Assembly (NCBI RefSeq): GCF_009914755.1 | Contig: NC_060934.1 | DNA: 64,000 bases | Strand: one strand, 5' to 3' | Source of the DNA: the human T2T-CHM13v2.0 reference genome, Homo sapiens | Shown: positions 41,962 to 58,375 of the stretch, piece by piece | Position numbering within the stretch: position 1 is the first letter of the stretch | Layout of the letters: each line of letters begins with the position of its first letter | The notes under the pieces: generated by a model | The model's database searches: none | Told to the model about the DNA's origin: nothing | The model's input: the letters and a program-made list of their open reading frames with translations, nothing else | Made by a program: the position numbers and the translations under genes

Positions 41962-43486
41962 GATTTTGGTTTCGAGTCTAGAATAATGTGAATCATTGTC
42001 TCAGTAGGATTAATTTGGAAAATTATAATTGAAGGTATAAGTCCTGGGCAGAGTTTTGAGGAAGAAAAACACATTACTCTTCTTGAGATAAGAGACAATA
42101 TTCCAGTTATGAATAAAAGAATGTACAAGGGCTTATAATGTCAATCATTGTGGAGAATAATTCCTGAGAATTTATTAAATGCATGGCCCTATGGGGAATA
42201 GAAAAATGAATCATTTTTTCTTGTCCTCAAGGAACTTTCTCCCTAGACAAGAAGGAAAATAAATAATTGAGCATCTATTGTTAAAAGTAGAAGTAAAACA
42301 AAGATACAAAGAGCTATCGAAGCCATACTCCCATATATGCAAATGAGTGAGATTAGTCCCAACAGAGTGGAAGTAGAGAATTAAGAAAGTTTCCTTGGAG
42401 GAAATGCCAATCGAATTGTCCTTGAGGAGTAGAAAATAAAATCATAGTATTTTAACAACAGGTGGAAAGGGTGAACAAAGTCATCTCCTGGGGAAAGGAG
42501 AACATAAGAAAAGGTTCAGATATAAGGAGGTATGGGGTAAATTCGGAGTAAGTACAGCAAGTATGTGTAGGGCATCGAATAGAGCATCTTTCAGAAGAAA
42601 ACAGAAACCAAAATTGAATAGCCAAATGATTTTGTTTTATACTGGGTGGGTTTTTATTTCAACAAGTTATGTTAAGTGAATCAAAATTTGGCTACCAGAA
42701 TGAAAAAATTAGAATCTCAATTTCCATCATTCCGGTTTCAGCTCTAAGCCTGACACAGGCAATGAACACCTCTTTTAGGTAAACCAGACCACTCTTTTTG
42801 CAAATGGCCTCAAGAGGTCCCTGAGTTTAAGCCCATGACTTGAGATAACATGAGATTGAAACCTTCCAAGCAAAAGACCATCAAACCCTTAGTCACCTCT
42901 AGATAAGATTCCACACGATCCCTTGGAAACTTCTTCTAATGTTTGACAACTTTAACAGTTAGACAGCTTGTCTTGGTTTTGTATTTCTTAATGCTTAATT
43001 ACCCACTTTTAAACTGTGAAGATAAATGTAAGTCTTCTCTGGAAAGTTCTGAGTTTCTCTGACTTTTCTTCAGAGGTCCTTTGGCTAAGTCATTAATAAT
43101 TGTCATGTTCTCCTCTGGACCTAGTCCAAATTTTCTATGTCTCTTTAGTAGTAAAGACCCCATCTTGGCAGAGCACATTAACAAAGGGCCTAACATATGA
43201 CAGGTAGGGTTAAAAAATGACTTGGCTTTCACATTTTATATTCCGCACACGTGACATCATGTGATGTTTACCTCCTAGTGTCAGTACCGTGTCATGGGCC
43301 CACATTTGTCCTGTCTATCATGACTTCCAGGGCTACAGATAAGTCTTGGCTCTAGGAACAGCTCACTAAACTTCTCTTTGAGAGCCTAAAATTTAGGAGA
43401 TATTACACTACACAGGGGTTGTATTGGAACAAATACCCGATATGATTAGAATTTTAATGTTCGAACACTGAAAAAGAAGCAGCCTT

Positions 43487-43843
<357 letters not shown>

Positions 43844-43857
43844 TCATAGACATTATC

Positions 43858-44120
43858 TTTTTGTTTAAGAGACAGGGTCTTGCTCTGTTGCTCAGGCTGG
43901 AGTGCCCCCAACTCTTGGGCTCAGGTAATTCTGCCTCAGCCTCCTGAGTATCTGGGACTACATGTACATGCCACCATGCCTGGTTAATTTTTTTTTTTTA
44001 ATTTATTTTTTAGAGATCGGGTCTTGCTATGTTGCCTAGGGTGGTCTAAAAATCCTGGACTCAAGCTCTTCACCTGCCTCTGCCTCCCAAGTAGCTGGGA
44101 TTGCAGGCATGAGCCTGGCC
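43858..44120 (-). mobile_element. AluJ with deletion
   Basis: TSD CATTATCTTT at 43851-43860 and 44126-44135. Confidence 0.9.
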
Positions 44121-44451
44121 GTCGGCATTATCTTTGACAGCCTCACAAATATCCTGCCAAGGATGTTAAGTGGTTCCTAATTCTATCATTGTTTTACCAT
44201 TGAGCAAACTAATGTTCAGATATGGTCACTTATCTACATAAGCAAATTTTAAGTGGTGAACTTCTACAAATCGAATCTAAACTAAAGAAACCCTTGTTGG
44301 ACCTGTTTTGCTTCCAGATTCTCTCCTAACTTATTAAGGTATATAAGCCCCAAATCACTAATAAGAAAATGCAATTTAATTGTAATGTAGTAGGTGAAAT
44401 GTAGGCACAACTGCTATTTTTGAATAAGGATATGAATGAGAGGATCAATGA

Positions 44452-44486
44452 AGTGTGTGTGTGTGTGTGTGTGTGCATGTGTGTGT
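44452..44486. repeat. (TG)n microsatellite
   Basis: Directly visible. Confidence 0.9.
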
Positions 44487-45829
44487 ATGCATGTACAGCA
44501 CAGCCAACAAGTGGCTGGACAAGACACTACTCAGCTGGCACCATGCAAAAAGACACCTGTAAAATTTCTGTCTGTCCCCTTTTCAGACAAATTCAGTCTC
44601 TCTGTCCTGTCCCCTTAATACCTAAAAGTGTCCATCATTCTTGGTACCAAGTGAAGAGATCTGTAAGCCTTCCTCTCCCTTGAACCAGGGGACCTTTCAC
44701 TCTCCCCAAATGGTCCAGTATTTGGCAGTAAATGCCAACACATCTTGCTGTAAATATCTCGGTGTGTGTGTGTTGTGTGTTGTGTGTGTATTCCTAGGTC
44801 TGGGTTCTTGGTGGAAGTGCCCACCTTGCCAGAAGAAACTGTTCTTAACTCCACCTTTAGAAATTAAACATTTGTTTTTAAACAAACGAAAAAGAAAAAA
44901 AAACCCAAGGTGTACAACTGTTTAATGGCTAAGGAAGTCCTAGAGTACACATACCTTAATACCAGTTTCTTTCTATGAAACCATAGAAGTGATAGTGAAA
45001 ATTAACTGGGAACTCTGGTGCTTGGGAATCACATCATTATATGATTATACTGTTTTGTCATTATAAAATTATGGACGTCATTGTGTAGTAGGAATCGGGA
45101 ATTGTACAAAGCTAGACAGCAAATTATATTCTAAGTATTCCCTTTGGAATCAATTAAAGAACATCTTTAACAAATTAGGCCCTTTGTTTCATCATTAGAA
45201 AGGAATATATAAACAGGATATTTAGGCAATGAAATATTTTCCATTCAAATTAATTATAGCAAATTAGCTAGAGAATCTATAATAAATTGCAAAGTTTGAC
45301 ACCTTATGAACTTATTAAAGTGAAAGCTTTCCTCTTAGCCTTTAAATTATTAATTTTCATGGCCTAAAATTATAATTTAATAGTTTTATTGGCATGTGAT
45401 AATTTTTAAATTACAAGACTATCGTCATCCCACTAGGTCTTTCTATGCATAACTGAAAATTACTTACAGCATTTTAGTAGCAATGGAAAATAATGAATGA
45501 ATGCTCAAATCTGATTGGTTACATAAGTCATTTTTCAGCTCTTTTGCTAAACACAGATAAAAACTCTTTTCTCAATAAAACACAAATTTGTACCTAAAAA
45601 AGAAAAACTGGCTATTTTATTACTTTTGCCTATTTTTGTGAAAATTTCACGTTGTATTGATTTTTTTCTTTTCTCTATTCTTTCCCTTGAGTCAAACTCT
45701 TGATTTCTGCCGTGACAACAGGAAAAAAGAAAGTGCATTCAGCATTTCTGTCCAATTCCTCCCTTTCCCTTTACAGCAACACTCCTCGAAAGAATTTTCT
45801 ATAACAGATCTCTATGTCTTACATGATTC

Positions 45830-46770
45830 TAGCACTCAGTCAGCCCTCGCCAGTCAGGTTTCTGGCCTCATCATCATCCTCTGAAACTGCTCTTTTCAAA
45901 GTCACTAATGGCCTTTTTTTTTTTCCTTCTCTTACTTGACTTCTAAGTATCTTTCACAACACTTGAATGGTTCCTGTTTCATGAAACGCCGTCTGCTCTT
46001 GACACCACTCTCTTCCTCCTACTTTCATGGATACTTCTTCCTAGTCTCCTTTGTTCTCTCCTTTTCCTCTTTCAATATCCAAATCATAACCCCAGCTTTC
46101 TTCTCTTCTATACCTTCATTTCTTCCCTAGATAATCTTAACAAGTCTCATTGCTGTAAGTATCATCTATATGATAATGAAACCTGAATCTATTACTACTG
46201 TCTTGACCTCCACTGGTTGTCTGACTTCTACATTTAAATGACTCCTAGGCTGTCACCCTGGTGTTCAAAACAGAATTATCTACTTCTTCCTAAAAACGTA
46301 TTCCCAGTCTGCCTCTCACCAGCACACTATTCCAGTATCCCCCCAGTTGCTCAGGCCAAGAAGCTAGATGTATTTCTTGAATCATTTTATTCCCCTCACT
46401 TCCTATTTTCAATCCGCGCCAAGTTTTGTCAACTCTACTTTTAGGACACATCCCAAACTTGCCTGCTTTTGTCTATCATCTGCTACTCCCACCCTTGTCT
46501 CTAAGTCGTCATCATCTCGGCTGCAACGTTGCTAGAGCCTTCTTAGTGGTCTCTCTGATTCTACCCTTGTCACCCTCCACCCTGCAACCACCCTGAGAAA
46601 CCCTTCTCCACACAGTAGCCAGAGTAACTTACTGAATCAGACGTTCTCACTCCCATTTCTAAAATTCTCCGTTAAATTCCCTCGCATTGAAAATCAACTC
46701 CAAAGCCTATACCTTGGCTTTTGAAGATCACTTGATCTGGCCTGTTTGCCTTTCCGAGCTGGCCTTGCAC
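45830..46770 (+). mobile_element. L2 LINE ORF2/3' remnant
   Basis: Frameshifted L2 RT motif QSGFWPHH/SETALFKVTN at ~45852-45910; CATCTATATGATAATGA (YADD-region); CCAGTTGCTCAGGCCAAG. Confidence 0.8.
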
Positions 46771-46959
46771 CTTTCTGTTCTACTCTGTATAACAACATTC
46801 TATGTGGCAGGGGCTCCACTGGCCATACACATGAGTGAAGGGCGGAGCAGAGCCCCAAAGGGGCCCCAGGATAAGCGTATGTTAAGCTATGAAGATTTTT
46901 GAGGTTGGCTGTTTCTACGGCATAACCTAGCTTGTTTTTGCTGGTACAGGGAATCATTT

Positions 46960-47140
46960 ACATATTCGTTCACAAAATACATATTTCTTGAATGTGTAGC
47001 ATATGTCAGACATTACTTTTGGAATAATACCTATAACTGGGGATAGACAAATTTCACTCTCTCATGGGGTTTACTTTCTAATGAGGGGTGCATACGATAA
47101 ACAAGAAAACAAATACATGAATAAGATACTTTTAGATAAT
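46960..47140 (-). mobile_element. L2 3' end
   Basis: ATTCGTTCACAAAATACATATTTCTTGAATG...CTCTCATGGGGTTTACTTTCTAATG. Confidence 0.65.
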
Positions 47141-47299
47141 GACAATGAGCAGGGTGTGCCCCAGCCTGTCTTCAAACTCAGCCTGAGGATTATAAACCCA
47201 GAATACCATGGCTGACACCACAAACTTAGGCAGATGACAGTCCCAAGGTAATAAAAACAGCCACAAAATGCTTCCAAGACAAGTATGAAGTTCAAGTTC

Positions 47300-49440
47300 T
47301 CTGCAAGAAAGGTGATGAATGAAATGAGCAACATTATTAACAATACTTCCAAAAGCAGATAACGTAAAAACAAAATCTTAAAAAAATGACTAATAATTCT
47401 CGGATTTAAAAAATTATGCAAGAACTCACATTAAAAGATCATACAGAGTGTTATGTAAGACAGACAAAAGAAAAATATGTACTTAAAACACAATGTAGAA
47501 TAATTTAAGAAAATGCAAATCAAAGAGACTATTTAAGATTTCAAAATGAAAAGAGAGTTTGCCTAGAATTGAGTATCACTTTTTTTAGCGAACATTTCAC
47601 CTTCTATTTTTTATCTTTTTCAGGTTAACAACTTTTTAAAAAATTAAAATCCAATATTTAGACTAAAGTTATTATTAATTTAGTTGCATCCTCAGATTTA
47701 TTGGGAACCTTGGAGTATCTTTTATTTTTTCTAAGTTTTTAAAAGTAATGTACAACATCCATATATAGGATTGTTCAATGAACAATTATACAAATGAACA
47801 ATGTATATATGGATGCTATACATTAATTTAATGAACAATATGTTCATAAATGTTGAGCTCAATATATTTTTACAAAGAAAACAACCTTGAAACAATCACC
47901 AAGTTCAAGAAAGAATGTATGTAGAGCAGTCCTCCTGCCCCCAATCCTTCCCCCAAGGAACCACAATTCTAAGTTCTAAGCATAATCAGGTTTTGCCTTT
48001 AGGTCTATTTTTGAACTTTACAAATACTTTCATATTTGTCTTTCCTTTTGCTTAACATTATGTTTGTGACTGTTGTTTTTATTATTCCTTCCTTATTGTG
48101 CTGGGTAGTGTTCTATCAGTTGAAATGTCCCATAGTCACATTGTTCCGTTCTGTGGTTGATGTTCTTTGTGCAAGTTTCCAGCTCAGAGCTATTGTAAGT
48201 AATTCTGACACATTCATGTTTGTGTCTTTTGTTGCACATCTGTACTCATTTCTGTAGATTGTAAATAAGTAGTGATTGTCATTGTACAGAGTTCTGCATC
48301 ATCTGTCTTTTAACGTAACCATTATCGAGTATGTGGAGTGTTATTGTAATATTAAATTATGGTTCTAATTTGCATTATTCTATTAACTAAACAGATTGAG
48401 CCCATTTTCATAAGTTTGTTTACCATTGGGTATCATCTTTTCTAGGTTGCTTGTTCAGGTCTCTTGCCCATTTCCCCCCATAGTCTGTCTGTATTTTTCT
48501 AATGCAAGCATCATATTGATATCAGACTTTCAACAGCCACATTTAACAAAGAGAAAAATGGAATAATAGTTTCACAGTGCAAAGGAAAATAATTCAAACC
48601 TAGAATACTTTTTAAAAAAAATTTAGCTGAGCTTTTATTTAAATGCAAATGTGAGGTAAGACAATTTTTAGATATTCTACAACTCTAAATGTTTATCACT
48701 CAAAGACTCATTTGGAAAGGACTTTGGAGAAATGTTTAAATGTTTCTCCTTGATTCGTAGAGAATCAAATCAAGGAGAAAGCAATGAGATATTGCCAACT
48801 AGGCAAGTACAAATTTTCAAGTTTATTATCAATTAAGTAAATAAGGAATATGAAGAAAAATGTAGATTCTGTAAATAAGAAAGCAAAGCATTAAGCATAC
48901 TCACTTGACTGGCAAGGGTTGGGGGTGGGGGTGGAGTCCTAGTCTTAACAAAATATACACATAATATTTGTGGAGAAAAGTTTTAAACTCTACTGAAGGA
49001 TATTAAATTATAGCTAAAACAAATGAAGAAGCAGAACATGTTTGAAGATGGGAAGACAACATTTTAAAAATGTTAATTTTCCTCAAAATTAATGTACATA
49101 TTTAATATTACTCCCATCGGTATCCCAGTATGAGTTTTGGTAGAATTAGACCAACTATTTAAAATTTGCGTAGACACAAAAATGCCCACAAAATATTCTT
49201 AATAGGAAGATCTTTGTAGGGATCTCAGTCCATCATGTATTAAGACATATTTCAAACCCATAATATTAAAGTAATTTAGTGCTGGGAAGTGATCAGTTAG
49301 AGCAATGGATCAGAAACAGATCCACCCATTTGGAAACCCAATATGTGACAGTAGAGATGCTACAAATCAGAGGGAAATATCCGGTTTTTAGTAAACTGTG
49401 TTAGAGAATTATTTCACCATATGTACAAAAATGGCTCATG
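47300..49440. mobile_element. Degraded old L1 (L1M/L1ME/HAL1-like) fragments in both orientations
   Basis: Plus-strand ORF1/ORF2-like A-rich text (ATCAGACTTTCAACAGCCACA; AAAATTAATGTACATATTTAAT) with minus-strand 3'UTR piece ~47740-48500 (TTCTAATTTGCATT). Confidence 0.6.
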
Positions 49441-49544
49441 GGCAGAGAATGGGGTTTAAGGGATTGGTGAGTAAAACGTGACAAATAGGCCACATGGAAT
49501 TATAAGGGGCCTTAATGACCATGGGGAAGACTTTGGAATCTGTT

Positions 49545-50199
<655 letters not shown>

Positions 50200-50835
50200 T
50201 AAAATAGAAGTCATAGGAGAACTTTATGTAGAGGATTACATGATTTGATTTACATCTCCAAAAGATCACCAGTTTTTGAGCAGAGAATGCATTCTAGGGG
50301 CAAGAATGGAATCAGAGACTGAAACAGATGATATTAAGGCAGGCAAATCGTTAGAGTCAGACTTGACCACAGTAACACTTAATGTAAGAAGAGAGTGGAG
50401 CAATGGTAAACAAAAGATCTGAAGAAAAGGAAACGTGAAGTAAGAAAGTAAAGAATGTTATACCCAGGGAAGTTGTCCAAGTATAGGGGCAAGAGCTACA
50501 CATCTTCAAGAAGGTGAGGATTTAAGGAGCACCTCTCCCCTAAGGTCTTCTTCAACAACCTGTGGAAGAGGAAATCTAGCCGAGAGAGGCGCTAAACAGA
50601 AAGTTAGGAAAATGGAGAAATTGTGGTAAAAACACATAAACAAAAACAAAACCAAAAACCAAAATAACCCGAGGTATTAGCACGATGTTCATAAATACAG
50701 AATGACATCTGGGCTACTATGAGAATAATAGACAAAGACCAGAATGTGAATGTTACAATAGTATGTCACTGAGGAGGAAAAGGAGAGAGGAGGAGAATAA
50801 CGGTGCGAATTTCTGCATTTTTAAAGTAGGAAATT

Positions 50836-51491
<656 letters not shown>

Positions 51492-52424
51492 CTAACTTTT
51501 AAATCCTTTTTTAAAAGTATCATTTTATTTCAATATTACTTTATGTGAAACATTTAAGGACTAATTTCTCTGTTGCTGAAGGAATATCTGAAATTCACCA
51601 AATTCATTCTTTCAGTTTTATTTTATTTCATTTTCCCCTACTGAATTTTAATTAACCTTAATAGTTGTATATATAATTACCCCTTTTCTTTTAGCATGTA
51701 TATGAATGTGTGTATATGTATACACACAGACAGATATATGTGTATATCTTTCTATGTGTTGATCATCCATCTATTTCTACATATGCATGTCTAGAATGGC
51801 ATGAAGAAGGTCAGTTCTGGGTAGTAGACTGAGGATTTTCTTTTCCTCACTCTTCTTTCTTATCTATAAGTTTTAAATAACAATCATGCTCCACATCTAC
51901 AAAAACAAGTGATGTCATTATTCTAAAGACTAGAGTGAAAATAGGTGCAGAGGGAGGAGGTAAGCAAAATGTATTTTGCATAATTTTCTAAGAAAAATGA
52001 GATATTACATGTCAGTTTTTAGAACAGTGTCTTTCACTTAGTAGGTGCTCAGTGAAAGATGGCAATGATGATCAGGATTATTATTTCCCAGACTTCCAGG
52101 GAGTCTCTCCTGCCTCCTTCAATTTCTCTGCCATTGACTCTAAAAAACTCCTTGGACAAAATGCTTTTGTCCATTTACCAATAGCTCTGTGTTGCTCAGG
52201 AATGGAGGGGAAGGAACAGAAATGAGCAGACATCTTTGTTCTATCAATTTTTGGGAGACCAGGGGAACAAAATAAAACAAAAGACAAGAAGTGCTTCATT
52301 TCTAAGCATCACAATGGCTGAAATTATGCAACTTGCATGTAGTCTTTAGAGATTCCAGTTAAGCCTTCAAAACTAATTATCCAGCTTGTTGTGGTGGTGG
52401 TTGTTTGTTTGTTTTTGCAATCCC

Positions 52425-52809
52425 TGTATTAGTCTGCTCGGGCTGCCATAACAAAACGCCTTAGCCTGGGTGGCTTAAACAACAGGAACTTCTTTTCTTA
52501 CAGTTCTGGGGGCTGGCCGAGATCAGGGTGCCAGCTTGGTTGATTTCTGGCGAGGGCTCTCTTCCTGGCTGGTGACTGCTGCTTTCTCATTGTGTCCTCA
52601 TGTGACCTTTCTGTGATGCACGCTCAGGATTGAGGAAGAGCTCTGGTCTGCCCCCTTTTTCTTAAAAGAACACTAATCCTGTGGGATCAGGGCCCTACCC
52701 TGATGACCTCATTTGACTTTATTTACTTCTTTAAGGGCTCTACACACTCATATTGGGGATTAGGGCTTTTCGACATTAATTTTGGAGGGACGTAATTTAG
52801 TCCATAGCA
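52425..52809 (-). mobile_element. MLT1A0/MLT1A-type MaLR solo LTR
   Basis: TGTATTAGTCTGCTCGGGCTGCCATAACAAA...GGGTGGCTTAAACAACAG...AATTTAGTCCATAGCA. Confidence 0.9.
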
Positions 52810-52880
52810 GCTTCTCAATGTTTTTACAATGTATTTGTCTGTTTTGTTTTAAAACTAAAATCCATAGATGGTGGCATTTC

Positions 52881-53179
52881 TTTTTTTTAAGAGACAGGGT
52901 CTGCTCTGTCACCCAGGCTGGAGTGCAGGGGTGTGATTATATCTCAGTGCAGCCTCAACTCCTGGGCTCAAGGGATCTTCCTACATCAGCCTTCAGGGTA
53001 GCTAGGACTATAGGTGTGCACCACCATGCCAGGCTAATTTTTAAAATTTTTTTGTAGAGACAGGGTCTCACTAAATTGCCCAGACTGGTCTCAAACTCCT
53101 GGGCTCAAGCAATCTTCCTTTGGTGTGCCTTGGCCCACCAAACTGATGGGATTATAGGCATGAGATACTGCACCTGGCC
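52881..53179 (-). mobile_element. AluJ
   Basis: Full dimer. Confidence 0.92.
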
Positions 53180-53188
53180 CTATAATTC

Positions 53189-53485
53189 TTATTTTTATTT
53201 TTTGAGATGGAGTTTAGCTCTTGTCACCCAGGCTAGAGTGCAATGGCACAATGTCAACTCACTGCACCCTTTGCCTCCCGGGTTGAAGTGAGTCTCTTAT
53301 CTCAGCCTCCTGAGTAGCTAGCATTACAGGTGCACGCCATCATGCCCAGCTAATTTTTGCATTTTTAGTAGAGACAGAGTTTCACCATGTTGGCCAGGCT
53401 GGTCTCGAATTCCTGACCTCAGGTAATCTGCCCACCTTGGCCTCCCTAAGTGCTGGGATTACAGGTGTGAGCCACTGTGCCCGAC
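53189..53485 (-). mobile_element. AluS
   Basis: Full dimer. Confidence 0.94.
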
Positions 53486-53985
53486 TGGCCCTAAAAGTTT
53501 TTAAATGCTCTATTGTCCCTTGAACATAAGAGTAAGACTTGAATCTATATAATTGATAGAGACCTTAAAACATTTCTACCTTTCTTATCCAATTTTTTCC
53601 CTCTCCATCTATACCATCCTACAGAGACGGATTCCTATACTAAAGAAGGGGATTCCAGCCACTCACTTCTGGGCGGCCAGTATTGGCATTTAAACCACTA
53701 AAATATTTTTTGATATCTAATTGAATTTGTCTAATTTGAATTACAGATACCAATAACAAAATCATTAGTTTATTCTTTTAGTATCTCACCATATGCAAAG
53801 CATTTTTGTGTGCATTTGGTTTGTTTGTTTTATCATTTCAACCATCTTAAGAAGTAGAGAGAGAAGATCTAGTCCTAATTTTATACAGGAGCAAGTAGTC
53901 AAGTGATTTACCAGCAACAATAACAAAAAACAACAAGCAAGGGACAGAGCCAGCAAGAAAGTTCATTTTAAAGAACAATTGGCAT

Positions 53986-54277
53986 AGCCGGGTGCGGTGG
54001 CTCACACCTGTAATCCCAGTACTTTGGGAGGCTGAGGGGGGCAGATCAACTGAGATCAGGAGTTTGAGACCAGTGTGGCCAACATGGTGAAACCCCATCT
54101 CTACTAAAAATACAAAAATTAGCTGGGCGTGGTGGGGGATGCCTGCAGTCCCAGCTACTTGGGAGGCTGAAGCAGCAGAATTGCTTGAACCCCGGGGAGA
54201 TGGAGGCTGCAGTGAGCCAAGATCGTGCCATTGAACTCCAGCCTGGGTGACAGAGCGACTCTCTGTCTCAAAAAAAC
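53986..54277 (+). mobile_element. AluS
   Basis: Full dimer; TSD AACAA(T/C)TGGC. Confidence 0.94.
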
Positions 54278-57200
54278 AACTGGCTGTTTTTTTCCCCTCT
54301 CTTTTCTGTTTTTACTGTGCACTGTTTCAACAGTTAAATAACTTTAAAAATAATTAATTCTATAAGAAAGCATGAGAAGGGTACTGTAAGAGAATAAAAA
54401 GACAAATGAGACATGTTTTTTCTCCCCTAAGGAGCTTCCATCAGGGTGCACAGTGTTTCATGCAATCCAAACAGAGCATTGCTGCATGAAGAGGGTTATG
54501 TCTTTCCATTCCTCTTTAAATCAACTTTATCTGTGAGAATCTCATAATTTTGAATTATGGTTTAGTGTTCATTTATGGTTAGGATTATGATTAAAGTGCA
54601 ATTAATCTCTGATAAAGCCATGTCTACATTGATTCACTAAATCAGAATTTTTGAGGGTATATTTTGCTTTCATGATTCCTTTAATAACCAACTTCTGGCT
54701 AATCAGACAAGTACTGCAATAAATCCATGTGCGTCATTGATGATAATATTTGGATTGACTTTTCTTTATAATATTTTGAGTCATGGCATAATATCGATAT
54801 TTATACCTCTTCCAGTCCTAATGCATACCACTTTGATTAATAAAATACTTTTAAAAATACTTAAAATATAGGTCATAACAAACCAACAATCAATCTTTCT
54901 ATAGCTTATACAATGCCTTATCCTTCTGATTTCCAATGATTAATCACTTTCTTTTCTCTTATTTAAATTATTTTCAAAATATTACTGAAACATCCTTTAA
55001 AGAGTTTTTCTTTCAGGGAAACTCATAAAAATCTATCTATGTCCACTGAAACAAGCTTACTTTCAGTATAAGACCTTACTTTTTTGGGGGCAAATTATTC
55101 AATCATTGATACTTCTCTTTATGAAATCTCCTAAATTGCAGATGATTTGGCTTCAGTGTATCTTTAATGATAGAAATCACGTATAAATTGGGTTTAAAAT
55201 TCCAAAGGATAATTTTGAGGACTGCAGTACATTTGGCCATTAGAGAGTCTAAAAATGCCAAATTGACCAGGTCAGAATGAATGGTCTTGGGCTGCCATGT
55301 TTCATGGCAACCTGTATGCAGAAACTTACCATCTTCAACTGGGCTTGTTCAGATGCGGGGAACTGCTTTAGGCCATTCCAAATCAATAAGACAGCCAATT
55401 ATACTTGAGTTAAGTAAAATAATAAGCAAGAATTGCAAGAAGCCCTGTCCAAGCACAGTTTGAAAAACTTCCATACAGAGTTCTTAAAAGCAGACTGTAA
55501 CTTCTAATGAATTACTTGCTTCATTATTACTGCTGCTTGAATCAAGTCAAGCAGTTTAGCCAGGACTTCACAACATGTCTCTGCCACTGCGTTGATACAT
55601 AGTAAGTTGTGAATGGCCTGCGATGTTTCTTGCAATGATTTTCATCATGCCCAGCCAGTCCTGCCAATCTGCAAATGTTCAGGCCCCCACATATGGACCA
55701 CACAGCCCATGCAACGCAGTCAAAATCTGTTAGTCACGGGATGATCCGTCTGGTATTTTCAGCTAACTTAACAATTAATTGGGTAGCATCTGAATCAATA
55801 ATTCAATGATCCAGTTTGGTCAGCAATGTGTCCAGGCTTTCCTGATGATTGGTCGACTTGTTTTGATTTTCAGGACCCAGTCACAGAAGTAGTGAAGTTT
55901 TAACTAGGCTTTCAAAAATATTCATACAACTCAGCTATATGGAAATAATTCATAGAAGCATAACTCTGCCAATGATAAGAGTGAGAAGCCATTAACTCAA
56001 CAAATGAGTGACTTGTTATTCACATGTCTTACTAAATTGGCAACTATGGCTTTCTCATTTTTATGTTATTCTATGTATATACATGTATCGAAATAGTGTT
56101 ATTTAGAGATCTTAAACATGTGGACAAATATTTTGATAGAGTTTGGGGAAAACAGCCTATATCCTTGCTTTATAGAAAAAGAGTTTTCATGAGAAAGAAG
56201 TTATATTTATTCAGATATATATGTATGAGTACATATCTAGATCTATATAGGTTTATATACATATATAATAATATACTTGAGCCCCACTCTTTCATTCCAC
56301 TACCACTTCGTAGCCAAAAGACAGAGATCTCGATATAATAAATTAAATATTAAGATATATATTAAAGTATACATATAATGTAATTAGATAATAAAGATAA
56401 AATTATTTGAAATGCCTCAAAAATAATACAGATTTTAAAAGAAAATGAGAGCATAAAAACCTTTAAAATGTATGGATCAACAAAGAAATACATTGCAAAA
56501 TTATTACTTAATTAGAAAATCCCTTTTAAATGCTCTTTGATTCCATGAGACTTTTCAGCTGACAAAGGGCTTAGCCACCTCTTAAAGCAGAGGCTCTCTC
56601 CAATACCCGAAGATAAATATCTACCAGGAGCTTTTTAAACAATGCTTGTCATGTTTGTCGTTATGAAGCAGACTCATACATAAATTAAGTTTTCCTAAAC
56701 TGTAGCTATGAATTAGAGTCCCACGATTTGTGCTATTGCTAACCTACTCCGGTGGTATGTTGCCATCACTTCAATTGTTTTAATGATAAATTTCCTTTAG
56801 AAAATGGAAGGATCTGTTGACAGACAAAAACAGGAACTAACAATGGACTATTTAGACTTGCAAATGATGGAACATTTAATTATTCCAAAATAGCATTCCC
56901 CAGTTAGGGTATGATCATTAAATCCATCATCCTTCAGTTTATATGCATGCAACATTTACCATGTCTACCTCAAACAGGAGTCAGTCATCCAAATATAGAT
57001 TTTTGGACCATCCATTTCAGCGTGACATTTCATCGAAAGCCTGGAATTTCATTTATTTTCTGTAACAGAGATAAAGTGTTTGTAAACGATGTGATAAGAC
57101 CATAAAGAGAAAGTAAAGTGAAATTCAGCTTCATACAGAGATAAATACAGACCCTACTGAACATAGCAGTAGTAGAGAAAGAGAAAAATGAGAGACAATA

Positions 57201-57734
57201 CGTCAGCAGCAACATTCCAGGCAAGAATCGATGTTCCCTACATATGGTTTTTAAAAATGTTTGCTCAGTTTTAGTTCTCTGAATTTGCTTGCAAAATAAT
57301 TTGCATTTAGACTCAAGACAGTGGCGGCAAGATCAAGACAATCTAAAACTAAATATACTTGAACTCTTTTTGTCAATTTCCACATACTGAAAAAAAATGT
57401 TTATGTCTCATTGGAGAGATAAATGTCTCAGAAAACAGTGTTTTATAAAATTCAGAAGTTAATTATTTTTCTGCAGGTCCTCGTTTTTCAGGAAGAATAT
57501 AGAGTAGCTAGGTATTCATTATTTGAAGTCTAACTGGAGACAAGTTATGTGTAGGACCTGGACAAACATTTCATGAGATGGCAGGTACAAATAAAAACCA
57601 ATTAATTCTCCTCCAGCGATGTTTCTTTCCTCTAATGGAAGGCTTGTGGTGTGCAAGAGGTGTTTGGGAAGGATTTACAAGCAAGTTTTCCATGAAAGGA
57701 CATTACTAACATTATTAACGGCCCCTCTCAGCCC

Positions 57735-57885
57735 GGGTCCTTCTCTTCACCATCATTTTGTAGCCCAGGATGACAAGGCCTAGAGAAGTTAAGTGACTGA
57801 CCCAAGGCCACATGCTGATGTCAAAATCAGGCCTCGAGCTTATGTTTCCTGACACTTACTCAAATGTAATTTTATGCCACCATTC
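57735..57885 (-). mobile_element. MIR fragment
   Basis: AGAGAAGTTAAGTGACTGACCCAAGGCCACATG core. Confidence 0.7.
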
Positions 57886-58038
57886 TGCCAGTGGGAAATG
57901 TGTGTGTCTGGCCATGTGTGCATACACTCTACCAAAATGATGTCCATGAAATTTTAAATCGCACCATGAAAATGAGAAGTAAGCATCTAATATCCTATCT
58001 TAATCAATTGGACCAAATTTAGAAAAAATTTGAACCCT

Positions 58039-58375
58039 GGCCGAACGCCGTGGTTCATACCTGTAATTCCAGCACTTTGGGAGGTGGAGCTGGGCGGACC
58101 ACTTGAGGTCAAGAGTTCAAGACCAGCCTGGCCAACATAGCGAAACCCCATCTCTACTAAAAATAGAAAAATTAGCTGGGTATGGTAGTGTGCACCTGTA
58201 ATCCCAGCTACCTGGGAGGCTGAGGCACAAGAATCACTTGAACCCAGGAGGCAGAGGTTGCAAGTGAGCCAAGATTGCACCACTGCATTCCAGCCTGGGT
58301 GACAGAGCCAGACACCATCTCAAAAAAAAAAAAAAAAAAAAAAAAAGGAAAACAAGGAAAGAAAAGAAAAAAAAA
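58039..58375 (+). mobile_element. AluS
   Basis: Full dimer with long A-rich tail. Confidence 0.95.

Noticed and set aside
48916-48934. G-rich run GGGTTGGGGGTGGGGGTGG as a G-quadruplex
   Set aside because: Short, fourth G-tract incomplete, no functional context.
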